Below are positions 24,201 to 36,740 of a stretch of 64,000 nucleotides of DNA, piece by piece. Every line of letters begins with the position of its first letter. Position 1 is the stretch's first letter. Below the pieces are notes generated by a model, which did no database searches, was not told the origin of the DNA, and was given only the letters and a program-made list of their open reading frames with translations. Position numbers and translations under genes: made by a program. The DNA is from Takakia lepidozioides (lineage: Eukaryota; Plantae; Bryophyta): contig CM060731.1 of NCBI GenBank assembly GCA_030704615.1, positions 13,268,001-13,332,000 of the forward strand. The letters run 5' to 3'.

Positions 24201-26355
24201 TGCAAGGGCGTTCTTCGTCTTCGGCTGGGGAGGCTCCATGATTTTATACTCTGCCCAAGAAAAGTAGCCCACGGGAACATGTGACCGTAGACTGGTTGTC
24301 ATCACCACCGTATAGCCCCTCCTGCAATGTTTGGTCCAAGCCATGGATAATTTAACTAATTGTCCTTAAGCATGCCACTGGTTTGTTCACCCTTCCATGG
24401 GATTGTGGTGCAATAAAGTCCAAATTTTGATTTTAAGGACATAATGTGCACAATATTGTAAGGACTTTAATCTAAGGTTGTGCAATCAAATGTTGAATTC
24501 AAATATTTGTGGGAGTCTACCGGGATCAATCTATTACACAAACCTGGATAAATCATAAGAAAACTACATAGCTGGTAGAGCAATCTACACAACAAAAACC
24601 CTTACAGTGCTGTGAAATGACAGGCACCCACCCACGAGCAGTAGCAAGGTCATTGTCAGAGTAGTAAGCCGAAGACTCCATGGAGCGTAAGATTCTACCA
24701 GCCACCGTATCATCGTGCAGTCCGAATACTCCATCTGCTGGGTTGGCATCACGCATACCCCTGAACACGCATGGAACATCACATGTACTCCAAACCTGGA
24801 TAGATCAAATCCAGATCCACATAAGAATCTCACTCGGACACTTGTTTGTAGTCGAGAGAACCACACACAGCAAGTTTTTGGTTGGATGATTGCATCCATG
24901 TGTGGCTGTAGTCAAAATAGATGAACCCATTGAGAAATTGGCACATGGGAGTAAAAGCCTCTGATAAATAAGCAACAACCGCACTCCCCGCTAACAATAG
25001 ACACTTTCTTTCAATGGATGGCATACAGCATACATGGCTTCCTCCAAGGGTGCTCCATCTATCAACCAGCAAGGAGCCATTGCAAGGTCCAGGGGGTTGC
25101 ACCACACTGCTGTGTTGCCAGAAACCTGCAGTAAAACCCAGTACAGTGATCTTCCTAGGTCCTGGTACGGGTTTAGGGCTTCACAGCTTACTCCACAAGA
25201 TATACAACCTTTGTGTAGGTCCTCTCCACCAAGTGCACTGCTGTCGTTGAACAACAACAGTCTTGGGAAATCCACTGTCACTCTTAAGACTTTCCTAAGC
25301 CGATGGACGTGGTGTCATTTCTGGCTGCAGGGGTGGCTGCCAGCTGGACCAAAGAAAAATTATTCATTACTTCACTTCCTTCTCTGAAAAGAATTTTGAA
25401 TCATACCAACTGCCCCGAGTTCGAGACCAAAATTTGCAAACTACATGAGTGTGCAACAAGAGCAATGATGCATGATGTGTTCAATGATCTCTAATCAAAA
25501 CTAAACCTGAGGAACAAATCACCTACAGACACTGCCAAGATCTTTAAGGACTCTCAACACACTAAGTCCAGCAGAAACTACAACAAAAATTTGGAAATGC
25601 CTTCAAACGCCTGGCAGGGATAACCAAGGGAGGTGCACACAGAGGAAGGGCCCTAGCACTATAGATATGTGTTTGGAGTATTTCAAAGAAGAGAGTTTGA
25701 ATGCTTTTGGATGTACTATCACAATTTCACTTCCTACTAGCGGTATGCTTCTTATGATCTTGGCTTATAGCTCAATTGCAATGTATTTAGCTATTGAGCC
25801 TCAGAGTTTACATTTTCATGTGCACATGGGAGGGAGTGCGGCAGATAGGGAGAGTGGTAACAATTGAGAAAAAGGTCATGCCTGTGTTTCTGCAGACACA
25901 ACCAGAACGGGCTGTTTTGAAAAATTGCGCACATACGCCACTCTGTCAACGTTCTCCAAGAAGTCTTCAGTGCAAGTCTCTCTGTTCTCCAATTCCGAAG
26001 GCACCAATGACACAGGTCGATCACCCTGAATCACAAGGGCCGAGTTGCCTACTACCTCGCTTGTCCCGGCCCTTTGTTTTTCCGGTGGCCGTAAAGGTAC
26101 ACCAGTAGGCTTCATAAAGCGACTCTCGTCTCTCTTTTCTAACAGAGGCCGAGAGGGAACGACAACAGGCTTCACGGTACGACCACTAAAGTAGGAGTAC
26201 GATGACTTCAGGTAGGGCGCATTCAACACGTCCAACCGGATGATGAAGCCACACTCTATGAGCACGATGGCAATCATTCCCCATTGCGCAAATCTCCCCC
26301 ATCGCAATCGACCTGCGCTTGCTGCCCCCGGTCTTAACCCTGATGGAACTGCCAT
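21277..26355 (-). CDS. FUT11: Glycoprotein core alpha-1,3-fucosyltransferase (GT10), 7 coding exons: 26355-25882, 24795-24632, 24321-24077, 23499-23392, 22885-22729, 22225-22004, 21532-21277
   Basis: N-terminal TM segment ([15 protein letters not shown]), [31 protein letters not shown]10 motif [43 protein letters not shown] and C-terminal KLEVIFV*. Exons join in frame with AG acceptors and GT donors (first donor GC). Confidence 0.95.
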
Positions 26356-28959
26356 TCTTACCCCCGATTCCCTATTTCGTCTTGTATGCTCGTCCCTATT
26401 TTCGTCTCTTTCTCTGTCTCCCCTAATTTCCCGTTCGGAAGTTTGCAGCCTCAAAATTTCGTGACAGATACAGAGCTGAAGTCCTCTCTATTTGCCATCC
26501 AATAAAGCCTAACAACCTCCAGCGAAGCCATTCATCATGCGTATTTCATAGATGTTCCTTGAGAATCGGGAGAGTCAAGGACGTCCATGGCGATCTGCTC
26601 AAAGGGATGCCTGGTTCAATCCTTTGCCATCCTCCAGATTTCTTTTTATTCATCCGAACTACGGGCGTTTCTGGATTCTTTCTACATAGTTTTTTGCACC
26701 CAAACATCTCCTTCTCTTCATCGAATCGATAAATCTCGTTTGCAACAACACTTGAAAATCTGCTTCAGGCCAATTCCTCAGAAAATGTAAGTTTGTGGCC
26801 ATCCAGCCACAAAGTTCTCTATGCCTTGAGACTCCTTCAGGACAAGATCAAAACTCACCGATTTCAGAGCGCGAAAGACACGAGGAGATAAAGCTTGGAC
26901 ATGCACTAAAACTAACACAAAAAGGACAATTCGGGGGACAGAGGGGACAGGCACTGATTAGAAACAGACATACACTGGAAGCACACACCACACCGGACGA
27001 GATGCAGACTAGCTGGGATCATGAAGACACATACGATCTGAATCAGAATCGAAATAACATGATTTGCTGACTAGAGTGAAATAGAGAGATAGTATGGTGA
27101 AAAGAAAGGTGCAAGCTGCATCACAAGCAGAAAGATGCTGAAATACAGAAAATATCAGCAACAACAAAGGATCTTGTAGTAATAAAGTATCAGAGTCTTA
27201 AACTGAGAGCTGAGACACGATAAAATACAGACGAGAGTCAACGGCATGAAAAAGAGACGAAGCCACACTCAGAAGAGCAAAGCGCCTGAAATGTGCAAGG
27301 AAGGAAGCCAAGAGAACGGTATAGAACGAGTTCGATTAACGGATGACATTTACTTGCGGTTCACCTCACCTTGCCTGTGTAAAACCTCTGAAGCAGGACG
27401 CCAAGGGCAAAACATGCAGAGACGGACGACGTGGAAAGGAAGGAAGGAACATTTATGTTCACTGCGGCCAGTCGTTCTCGTGTTACGTCACCTTCTTTGC
27501 AAAAAACTCGCTAAACAGACTTGAAATACAAACAACAGGAAGACAAACAGAACAGAATACCTACAAACAACAAATACATTTTAGATCCTTCCGATCTGTA
27601 ACACTAATCTCTGCTTTCACTCATCTGGGGAAAAACCTCGGACGCCAACGTACACACACACAAGACAAATAGAGGGACAACGTGGTCCGAGAGAACAGTC
27701 ACTGTGACAAATGACCTTTTTACTGCGAGCCTGGCACAGAGGGTGAGAGGGTCCTTCGCCTGCCAGGCCGGCAAGACGGCGATGATCCTTTGTATACATG
27801 TGTTAATCATCACGGAAAACTATTAAGCCAAGTACTCTGCTTCCTGCTCGATTGTTACGTGTACCTCCAGCTTTCTATACACAATCATACCGTGACGAGC
27901 GTGACGACATAAACGTGAGAAAAGAAGAAAAAAAATTGTAAACCTGAGCAACCCCGCTGGAGACATGAGTATGGCCCGCAGCCGCACATGGCATTTAACG
28001 TGCTTCATCATCCACAACTTGGCCTCGTCCTTCTTCGGGCCTCCATCACATTTCTGCATACACTTAAGTATCCTGTATCATCACCATTCTTGTCGTCTAT
28101 TGGATCTTGTGCAACCAGGGGTAGTAAATTACTTCCTATGCAATGATTCATCGACAAATTTCGTCATCATACCCCAAGCCGTTCGCAATTACGATGCGCC
28201 TAACTTGGCCGATTAAAGTGATGCGAAATATTTGCAAAGTAGATTGGAGGTAGGCCGGTTATGCAAAGTCTCCCGTGTGGGTTTGAATACCCGACCCAAC
28301 TCGCATGTGACAACGCTTCAGCGTTGAAAACAGATGATCCATGGGCCAAGTGTAGGTAGCCATTGACGGCACAGGCTTCAAGAAGGTGTGCCAAAATTGG
28401 TCTGACCAGTTTTCCCAGACTTAATCGTAACAACTTCCCTGCTACATATTAAAATACCTACGCATACTTACACCGGGCAGAGTTTTAGCCCACACAGTCA
28501 GAGTCGTACTCGTCTCTGCAGATCAAATGTTGTCATTCTCGGATAAGGAATTTTGCAGAGCGGTTCCCCACTGGCGACCCTTCATCAACGAGGACACTTT
28601 TGGGTCAGTTGATTTGTGTAATACGACGAAACCCAAATGAAGACTACTCACTGTATACTGAGAACATCTTCAAAGAAGATCCAATTTTGTGCAGGAAAGT
28701 TCAGAATCGCCAAGATTGTCACCAAAGTACCGACGCATGCTAATAGTCGCAGCGGCTTCTGCCATTGAAAGCGACTCGAGTTTGGTACCGACTACCTACC
28801 TGTGTCACTTCCTTCCTTATCAACTATAACCCAATTTCAAGGATTTCTCCATCTGTGCGGGAAGGTGCGGCTCAAACATGATGGGAATCATTAATTAGAA
28901 ACCTTGAGTTATACTTAGGAGCTCTCCGCCGACAACTTGGACATGATGAACTTGCCTGG

Positions 28960-29470
28960 GTACATTTTGTAAATGACTCCAACACGCAGCAAAGTTGGAA
29001 ATTCCCAACAGGAGATGAGAGGCAGCAGAATTACAGTTAAGCTGCCAAATCCAGTGACTTTTTATAGCCGATCGTTCCCCGCAACAAGTTTCAGAGGCGG
29101 TGAAATAGTGTAGTTAGAGTTCAAATAATAGTTTATGAAAATCCAGGAAGGCAAGATGTACTACTACCTCCTAAGTGGCCCATTTAATTGATATGATGAT
29201 TGGCTTGCAGCTTTAATACGTGAGTGCTGTTGGCGGCAAGTCTTCATAAATAACCAAGTAATGGGTCTTTCAATGGAACGTGGGGGAGTTAACGGTTCAA
29301 TTCATTGCACTGGGATCTCTCATGTCGTGTCTGAGAACAATGAGTACTGGTAAACAATCACCGAATCGTGTCAAAAGGCTTCACATTTGAGTGGACCTCG
29401 AGTCTGTTCGATCTTTGTGGAAGAGTTTTAGGATGTTGAGAGTGGTTTGTCTTCTGCCACACTCGCATTT
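28960..29470. repeat. Diverged duplicated segment, copy 1 (copy 2 at ~36240-36740)
   Basis: Shared blocks ATGACTCCAACAC, CAAGTTTCAGAGGCGGTGAA, CCAGGAAGGCA-GATGTACTA, TTGCAGCTTTAATAC, TTGGCGGCAAGTCTT, GCACTGGGATCTCTCATGTCGT and AAAAGGCTTCACA occur in the same order. Confidence 0.85.
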
Positions 29471-30049
29471 GAGGCACCGCACTTTCTAAAGTCATTCATT
29501 TAACAACTCTCACCGGTACTTACTCCCACAAGAACAACCCCCATCTTCGAGTAAGTGAAACCTTGATGGCATCATATACCTACAGTATTGGCGGCCGCCC
29601 AACAATCTTTCAGATGAACTTGGTGGCTGTGCACATGGCAGTCACCACGAACTCAAGGCCCTTGATGACTGAGGCCTCCCAGGGAGCATGCTGGTGAGCC
29701 TTACATGAGTGATGGCAAGGAGGAATTTCCTTTTGCTACCCATTTTCTACAAACCATGTGTCACTAGGCCTACAGCAACAACTCCTTACATTCAGTTGCC
29801 CTGCCTTATTAGAGTCCTCACAGGACCGAATTGAGACCCCAATGTAAGCCTTTCTTTCCACTTATAGCATGATCCATGACATAGAACTGCTTCCAGCTTC
29901 GCCATAGACCATCCTGTAGAAATTTAGAAACTAGAACTGCAGAGTATTTGGTACTCTACTCGTAGAGTATACTCATGATCTAGAAAAGCCAGGATCCACT
30001 TCCAAGCTCCGCCGCTTACCGGACTCGCCACTTATTGGGCACACAAGTA

Positions 30050-33000
30050 TGTGTTACTATTACTCATAGCCAAGCACGATCGTTGAACAATACTCATTTT
30101 TTGTTCCTGCCTTTACTCATGCTAAGGTATGGAAGCTAGGTATATAGTCTTTGATCTTGTGTTAGACTAATATCTCTCATTCTATGCAAGAAGTGTGAGT
30201 TCAGCTTTTATGTAGTTCCCCTGATCTGAATCAGATATTGCAAGTTCTTTGTGGCATTCCTGACTCGTGCAAGTCTATCCTTGTCGATAATTTTCTATAG
30301 GTTATGGGCCCACAGCCTTTGCAGCTTCCATAGATAGATTTGTATCTACTGTGACACTTCTGACTTCCACTGATAGCACTTTACTTCTCGGTAGTAGTCA
30401 TTTTTATCCTATCCGATCTCGAAGCGAAAGATGGGAACCAGAAATGATCCAGCTCGGGACCTGGTCACAAGTTCAACGGAGAGAACTTCGGCATGTGGAA
30501 ATTTCAGATGAGTGTCATGCTTCGTGCCAAGAAGCTGTTTGATATAGTTGTTGGGACTAACACTAGAGAGGATGCAACGAATGAGGATGAGTGGATTGAT
30601 AAGGATAATATTTGTCAATCCATCATTTGGTCTTCTGTGGATACTAAGTTTCTGCGGCAGTTGATGACTTGCAGGACCTCCCAACAAATGTGGCGACGCC
30701 TCTGCACCGTGCATGAGCAATACGCCACCGAAAACCTGCAGCTGCTCCAGCAAAAATTCTTCGATTTCTGCATGAAATCTGATGACAACGTTGCCGACCA
30801 CATCAGCACCATTGAGGTCATGGCGAACCAGCTTAATGATCTTGGAGAGTCCATTTCAGACCAAGTTGTCATGACCAAGATCATAGGAACTTTGCCACAA
30901 AGTTATAGACATCTGGCCTCTACATGGGACAACGTCCCCGCCGACCAACAGACCATCGAAAACCTCACCCTCCAATTGTTGAAGGAGGAAGGTCGCAATC
31001 GCATACATGACGCATCTGAGGAGGGAGGTCATGATAAAGCATTTTTCTCTAGTCGCCCAAGCAGTAGCAACATGCAAAAGGCTGCCACAGCGGAGGAGAA
31101 AATTAAGTGTGCCCAGCGAATCGCTGAGCTTAAGAAGAGGACCAGATGCAACTACTGTCACGCAAAAGGTCACTGGGAAAGGGAGTGCGAAAAGAAGAAA
31201 CAAGATGAGAAATCTAAGAGTGAAGCAAACGTCATCACCTTTGAAGAATTCAATGACAGTGCTGCCTTTGTTACGATCACCTGCAATTCTAGCAACAATA
31301 GTGACTTGGTATGCGGATGGTGGTGCTACTGAGCATATGACGGATAAGCTTGAGTGGTTTGATACTCTTGAGGAGATTGCTCCAGGCAAGTGGCCAGTTA
31401 TGATTGCCGATAACACGAAGCTTTGGGTGTCGGCAACATCGTGATCGAGTGTCTGGTTGATAATAACTGGGAAAAGAGAACGATGTCACGCGTCCTCTAC
31501 GTACCAGAGCTCAAGAAGAACCTTTTTTCAGTAGGTCAAGCAGCTGATAAGGGGTTTGTGACCTTACAGGCGAGATGAATGTTTTCTCACTAGCCAAGAA
31601 GGACGAGGCAAAGTTGTGTTGACTGGCATTCGGTCTGACAAATTGTATGGACTACAGCTTAGGGTGATGAAACCCACAAGCAAGGCCAACGTCGCCCTGA
31701 CCAATTCAAATCCACCTCCCAGTGGAAAAATGCATACTGCCAAAAGCTTGAGTGTATGGCACGAGCGTTTTGGCCATGTCAACACCAACATGATCCTCCA
31801 GATGGTGAAAAACAATGTGGTTACAGGTCTGCAACTTGCAAACAAGAACTATGAGCTTGGCCTATGCGAAGGTTGTGCCTTTGGGAAGACCACAAGCAGC
31901 CGTTCCCAGTCCGCTCACTGGCACTCCGTGCACAAAAAGCTGGCGAATTCTTTCACACTGATGTTTGTGGGCCCATGAGTGTTAACTCATTTGGAGGGGC
32001 CCGGTACTTCGTCATGTTTAAGGATCATTTCAGTGGATACCGCTTTGTGTATTGCATCCGCAAGAAATCAGATGTCTTCGATGCCTTCAAGCAGCTTGAA
32101 GCAGCAGTTTTGAGAGAAACTGGGAACAAAATTACAAAGCTCCGTAGTGACAGGGGAGGCGAATATTTGAGCACCGAGTTCATCAAATATTTCGATGATG
32201 CTGGAATTCGCCATGAGACCACGGCCCCATACTCCCCGGATCAGAATGGATCAGCAGAGCGAGAGAATAGAACCCTCGTTGAATCTATTCGCAGCATGCT
32301 ACACGCCAAGCAATTGAACTTGCAATATTGGGGGGAGGCAGCCCAAACTGCAACCTACGTACTCAACCGTTCAGGTTATCGAGTGCACAATGGAGTGACA
32401 CCCTATGAATTATGGACGGGCCATAAACCCGCAGTGGATCATTTACGGGTGTTTGGAAGCATCGTGTATGCACACATCCCCAAAGAGCTCAGAAAGAAAC
32501 TAGATTCTAAGAGCCTCAAGACCATCTTTGTCGGATATTGCTCTCACTCTAAGGCCTATCCTCTTTGGGATGCTAAGAAGCATCGAATTATGATCTGTCG
32601 CGACGTGCTTTTTGATGAGTTCTCATCGCCCAATGACATTGCTGATCATTATTTTGATGAAGCATCAGGGCTTTTCTATGATGTCATCACTTCCGTGATA
32701 CCACCTGCATGCCATGAAGATCATGAATCAACGGCCATTGATGAGAGCACTCCGGCAACTGTAGCCGAGACATTTGAGACAGCTCCTATCGAAGAAGAAG
32801 TTGCAGTTCAAAATCGTAATTTGGCTGTTGCCTCCCAAGCTCCGAACGGTGATGGTCATTTGGCCGATCAGCAGGCTAATGTACGACCCGAACGACTTCG
32901 GGGACCACCTGGAAGGCTCAGAGATTATTACGTTAACTCTTTTGCAGGTATTGTGGAAACCAACGTTCTGCCAGAGGAGCTAGTCACTTTTTCTGAGGCC

Positions 33001-34642
33001 ATCAGTTGCCCTGACTCCATTGAATGGCAAAAAGCAATGAGCGAGGAATTCCAATCCCTGACAAAAAATGAGACATGGGTCTTGACACACTTACCTGTTG
33101 GCTGCAAGGCTATTTCCTGTAAGTGGGTATACAGGATAAAGACGACGTCTACAGGGGCCATTGAAAAATACAAGGATCGACTCGTGGCCAAGGGTTACAG
33201 CCAAGAATATGGCATGGACTATGATCAGACTTTTTCCCCAGTCGTTAAGTATGAGTCCATCAGGACTGTGCTTTCCATTACTGCCTAGCAGGATATGGAC
33301 ATAGTCCAATTCGATATCAAGACTGCGTTTTTGTACGGGCACCTGGAGGAGGAAATTTACATGCTACAGCCTAAAGGCTTCACAGCCCCTGGGGAAGAAG
33401 CTGGGAAGGTTTGCCATTTACGCAAGAGCCTCTACGGGCTCAAGCAATCTTCCAGAGTTTGGAATCAAAAGTTCCACGATTTCCTGACACAATACGATCT
33501 ATACCCTACCGACGCCGATCCCTGTGTCTACTCCAGCCGGCAGCTGCCCCTTCTTATCACGACCATCTTTGTCGACGATGGGCTCGGGTGTTGCATTCAC
33601 ACAGAAAAACTTACAGGTATGATCTTGCACATGGAGAAAGAATTTGAAGTCTCTACATCTACTGCTGATGTGTATGTTGGTCTCCACACCATACGAGATC
33701 GTGCGCACAAGCTGCTCTGGATTGACCAATCCATGTATATCAAGAGAATTCTCCATCGCTTCGGCTTTGATCACTGCACACCCGTTGCTACTCCAGCGGA
33801 CCCCAACGTCCGACTTGATGTAGATACCGTAGACTCTCTGAACGACTCCGACCTGTCATTCCCCTACTCAGAAGCGGTGGGAAGTCTGCAATTTGCTCAA
33901 ATGGGCACTAGACCTGACATCTCCTACGCCGTGAACACAATTGCAAAATTCTCTTCTCGGCCTCAGAGGTCCCATTGTTTTGCAGTCAAGAGAACTGGCA
34001 CTATTCATCTTGCTTTGTGTTACGATGGCAACAGCGGAACGAACCTCATTGAGGCCTATGCCGATGCCAACTACGCTGGGGATATTACTGACAGAAAGTC
34101 TAGGACGGGCTGCACAATTCTTCTTAATCAAGCACCTGTCATATGGTGTAGCCGGAAACAGACCTGTGTTGCCAGCTCTACAGCGGAGGCGGAGTACATC
34201 GCTGCAAGCACTGTCACTAAGGAAGTGGTTTGGCTCCGCCGGCTCCTTACTGACCTGGGGTTTCCTCAAGCTCAGCCTACGAAGCTGTACTCCAATAATC
34301 AAAGCTCTATTCGACTCGTCCACAATCCTGAGTTTCATCGTCGAACTAAGCATATTGACGTCCAGTACCACTTTATTCATGAGCACCAGATTCTCGGCAC
34401 CATTAACGTCCTCTACATTTCGACAATACAACAGCTAGCTGACCTGTTCACGAAAGCACTACCGGCTGATCGGTTCGAAAAGCTTCGCATACTCCTTGGC
34501 ATGATTCTCTTACCTGCAACGGAAGCAGTGGGAGGGTCAACAGAAGTAGTAGATATCTAGTCAAATTGGCCAGATCGCATTATCTGCAAGAGAGGCATTC
34601 CTGACTCGTGTAAGTCTATCCTTGTCGATAATTTTCTATACA
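30050..34642 (+). mobile_element. Ty1/Copia LTR retrotransposon, degenerate, 3' LTR largely deleted
   Basis: PBS GGTTATGGGCCC at 30300. The LTR-end sequence GGCATTCCTGACTCGTGYAAGTCTATCCTTGTCGATAATTTTCTATA occurs at 30253-30299 and ~34594-34640 (+CA). Domain order is gag-PR-IN-RT-RH. The 5' boundary is approximate. Confidence 0.93.
30469..34560 (+). pseudogene. Copia gag-pol polyprotein with frameshifts and a stop
   Basis: KFNGENFGMWKFQM, knuckle CNYCHAKGHWEREC, protease WYADGGATEHM, WHERFGH, integrase [49 protein letters not shown], RNase H YADANYAG/RTKHIDVQYH/QLADLFTK. Split over 5 ORFs. Confidence 0.93.
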
Positions 34643-34936
34643 TCCTCCCACTTTCTTGTACATGTAAATTTGTAGCTTGGTCGACGTTTTACACACGGAA
34701 TCATGTGTATTTTGGAGACCCCTTGTATGGAATAGTTTGATTTTGTGGTCTATGTCACTTGATCTGTAGAGCTCCCGTTGTATGTGTGATTGCATCCCAA
34801 AACTCCAATGGACTCCAACGGTTGTAAACATTAAGCTTCACATTGCTCTATGTAGTGCAATCATCTTGACGCTCAGTGGGGCTCCGAGATTACCTTTGCG
34901 TATCTATACTGTAAACATTAAAGTTCCCTTTTGATG

Positions 34937-34984
34937 TCAGTTGGTTAGAGTCGAAGGTCACCGGTTCGAAACCTGTATGGGCCA
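34937..34984 (+). pseudogene. tRNA pseudogene fragment (tRNA-Ile-like) lacking the anticodon arm
   Basis: TCAGTTGGTTAGAG (D arm/A box) is joined almost directly to CGAAGGTCACCGGTTCGAAACCTGTATGGGCCA (variable loop, T arm, 3' acceptor). The isotype comes from recalled similarity to plant tRNA-Ile. Confidence 0.6.
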
Positions 34985-36239
34985 GCCATCTTGTCCAGGA
35001 GGAGAATTTGTTAACTTTTTTTGTAGTATCTTGGGACTCTCCAAGACGCCTCCGGTCTAAAACATTTCGCAACGATCCATGTGTGGAGCACTTTTTATGG
35101 GTTTCCAAGATGGTAGGACTGGTCAGATCTAGTTCCACATCCTGAAGAGAAATTGCCAGAATAAAAGCGGAGGAGAGAGAGAGGGAGACGAACTGAACTT
35201 TTGGTAGTCGTGGATTACCTCTTAAGGATTCGGCAACCGGATTTGGACTTCACAGTACAGCTACCAGGGTTTGTTTCTCTCTCTCTCTCGGCGTTCTGTT
35301 CTCTCCCAGTCATCTGGGGGTTGAAGCTGAGGTTTTGACTCCCGGTTTTGGTGTCATCATTATAGGAACCATGGTAGGATTATGGCACAAGTGGTTATGA
35401 TGAGGTTATTAGTCAATTAACTTTTTTGTACATGGACTGAGCTACAGTGAGATTTTGGTGAAATTTGATCGATCACCGGGAAGCTGGGAAAAAGTTTCTC
35501 TCTCTCCATCCTTGGGTGAGGCTGGGGATGGATTCTGGCGGGAACAATTGAAGATTACAATTGTCTTCCAAACACGGAATTAGTGACAGGGTTTTGTGCC
35601 GGTTCAAGCGTTAGAGTCCCGCTTCCTATTTGACCATATTCAATGAGGCTTTGATTTTGATGGCGATAATGGTCAGGCCATGTTTATACGAGTTCCTGCA
35701 CTGTGATTCATCGGGAATGGTGCTGGAGACGAAGCAATAACTGCAGGCACTCTGTCTTTCGGGTTGACTCCCAAACAATTCTCGATGAAGCCAAGAGCCT
35801 CGCTGACCAAATGGTAAGAGCTCGCTCGACAGTCTGTCACCAGAAGACTTTGCATGCCATGCTTTCTGGACTGAGGAAAACTTGTGGAGTTCGTGCAGGT
35901 GGAAAATGATGTTGTTGTGGCATTGACACTCATGCCAATCTACTGAACAATGCATGAGGTTGATAGTAGCGCTTCAAACAACACATTTATGCATACACCA
36001 TCTTCTTCTCAGCTTAGATTAGTCTTGTATAATATAACAAAGTTCCCACTTGCAGGGTCTCCATGTTCCGAGCTGGTCTCTCTTCATCAATTCAACCGCA
36101 ACCCGGAGTGTTTTATGAGGTCAGTTCTGTCTACTCTCGTCAAGGCATCTGATGTGATTAGCATCAAGTGCACCAGCAGACCCAATCTCTACATCATCGA
36201 TCTGCCCTAAAAGCTACACCAACAGTGATCGCAATGTTT

Positions 36240-36740
36240 CACATTTCGTACATGACTCCAACACTCATCAACATTGGGAATTCGCAACCATTCTAAACCA
36301 CTCACTTTTGCAGCAGATTATTTCCCACAACAGCAGCAAGTTTCAGAGGCGGTGAAGAAAAGTGTAGTGCCTAGATGGGTTTAAAATATTAAGAAGAGCC
36401 AGGAAGGCATGATGTACTAGTTCCGCCCACTGAATTTCACATGATTACTGACTTTGCAGCTTTAATACCTGAGCGTAACTTGGCGGCAAGTCTTTATAAG
36501 TGACGAAGTTTCAATGGAACTCCTTGGGGGTGTTAACGGTTCGATTAGTCGCACTGGGATCTCTCATGTCGTTCATCCTTAGTCTGAGCTTGCAGTGGTT
36601 GGGAACGATTGGTGATGCACTGAATCATGACAAAAAGGCTTCACAAAATCCATAGAACTCTCTGTTCCATCTGGGTAGTTCAGAATTATAGAGGGATGCT
36701 GAGAGTTTTTGAGGTTTGTCTTATGCTACACGTTGCACAT
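36240..36740. repeat. Diverged duplicated segment, copy 2
   Basis: Same ordered blocks as 28960-29470. Confidence 0.85.

Noticed and set aside
29180-29340. C/D-box snoRNA-like motifs (ATGATGA...CTGA)
   Set aside because: The box C motif is not conserved in the duplicate copy, and no terminal stem or rRNA guide was recognised.
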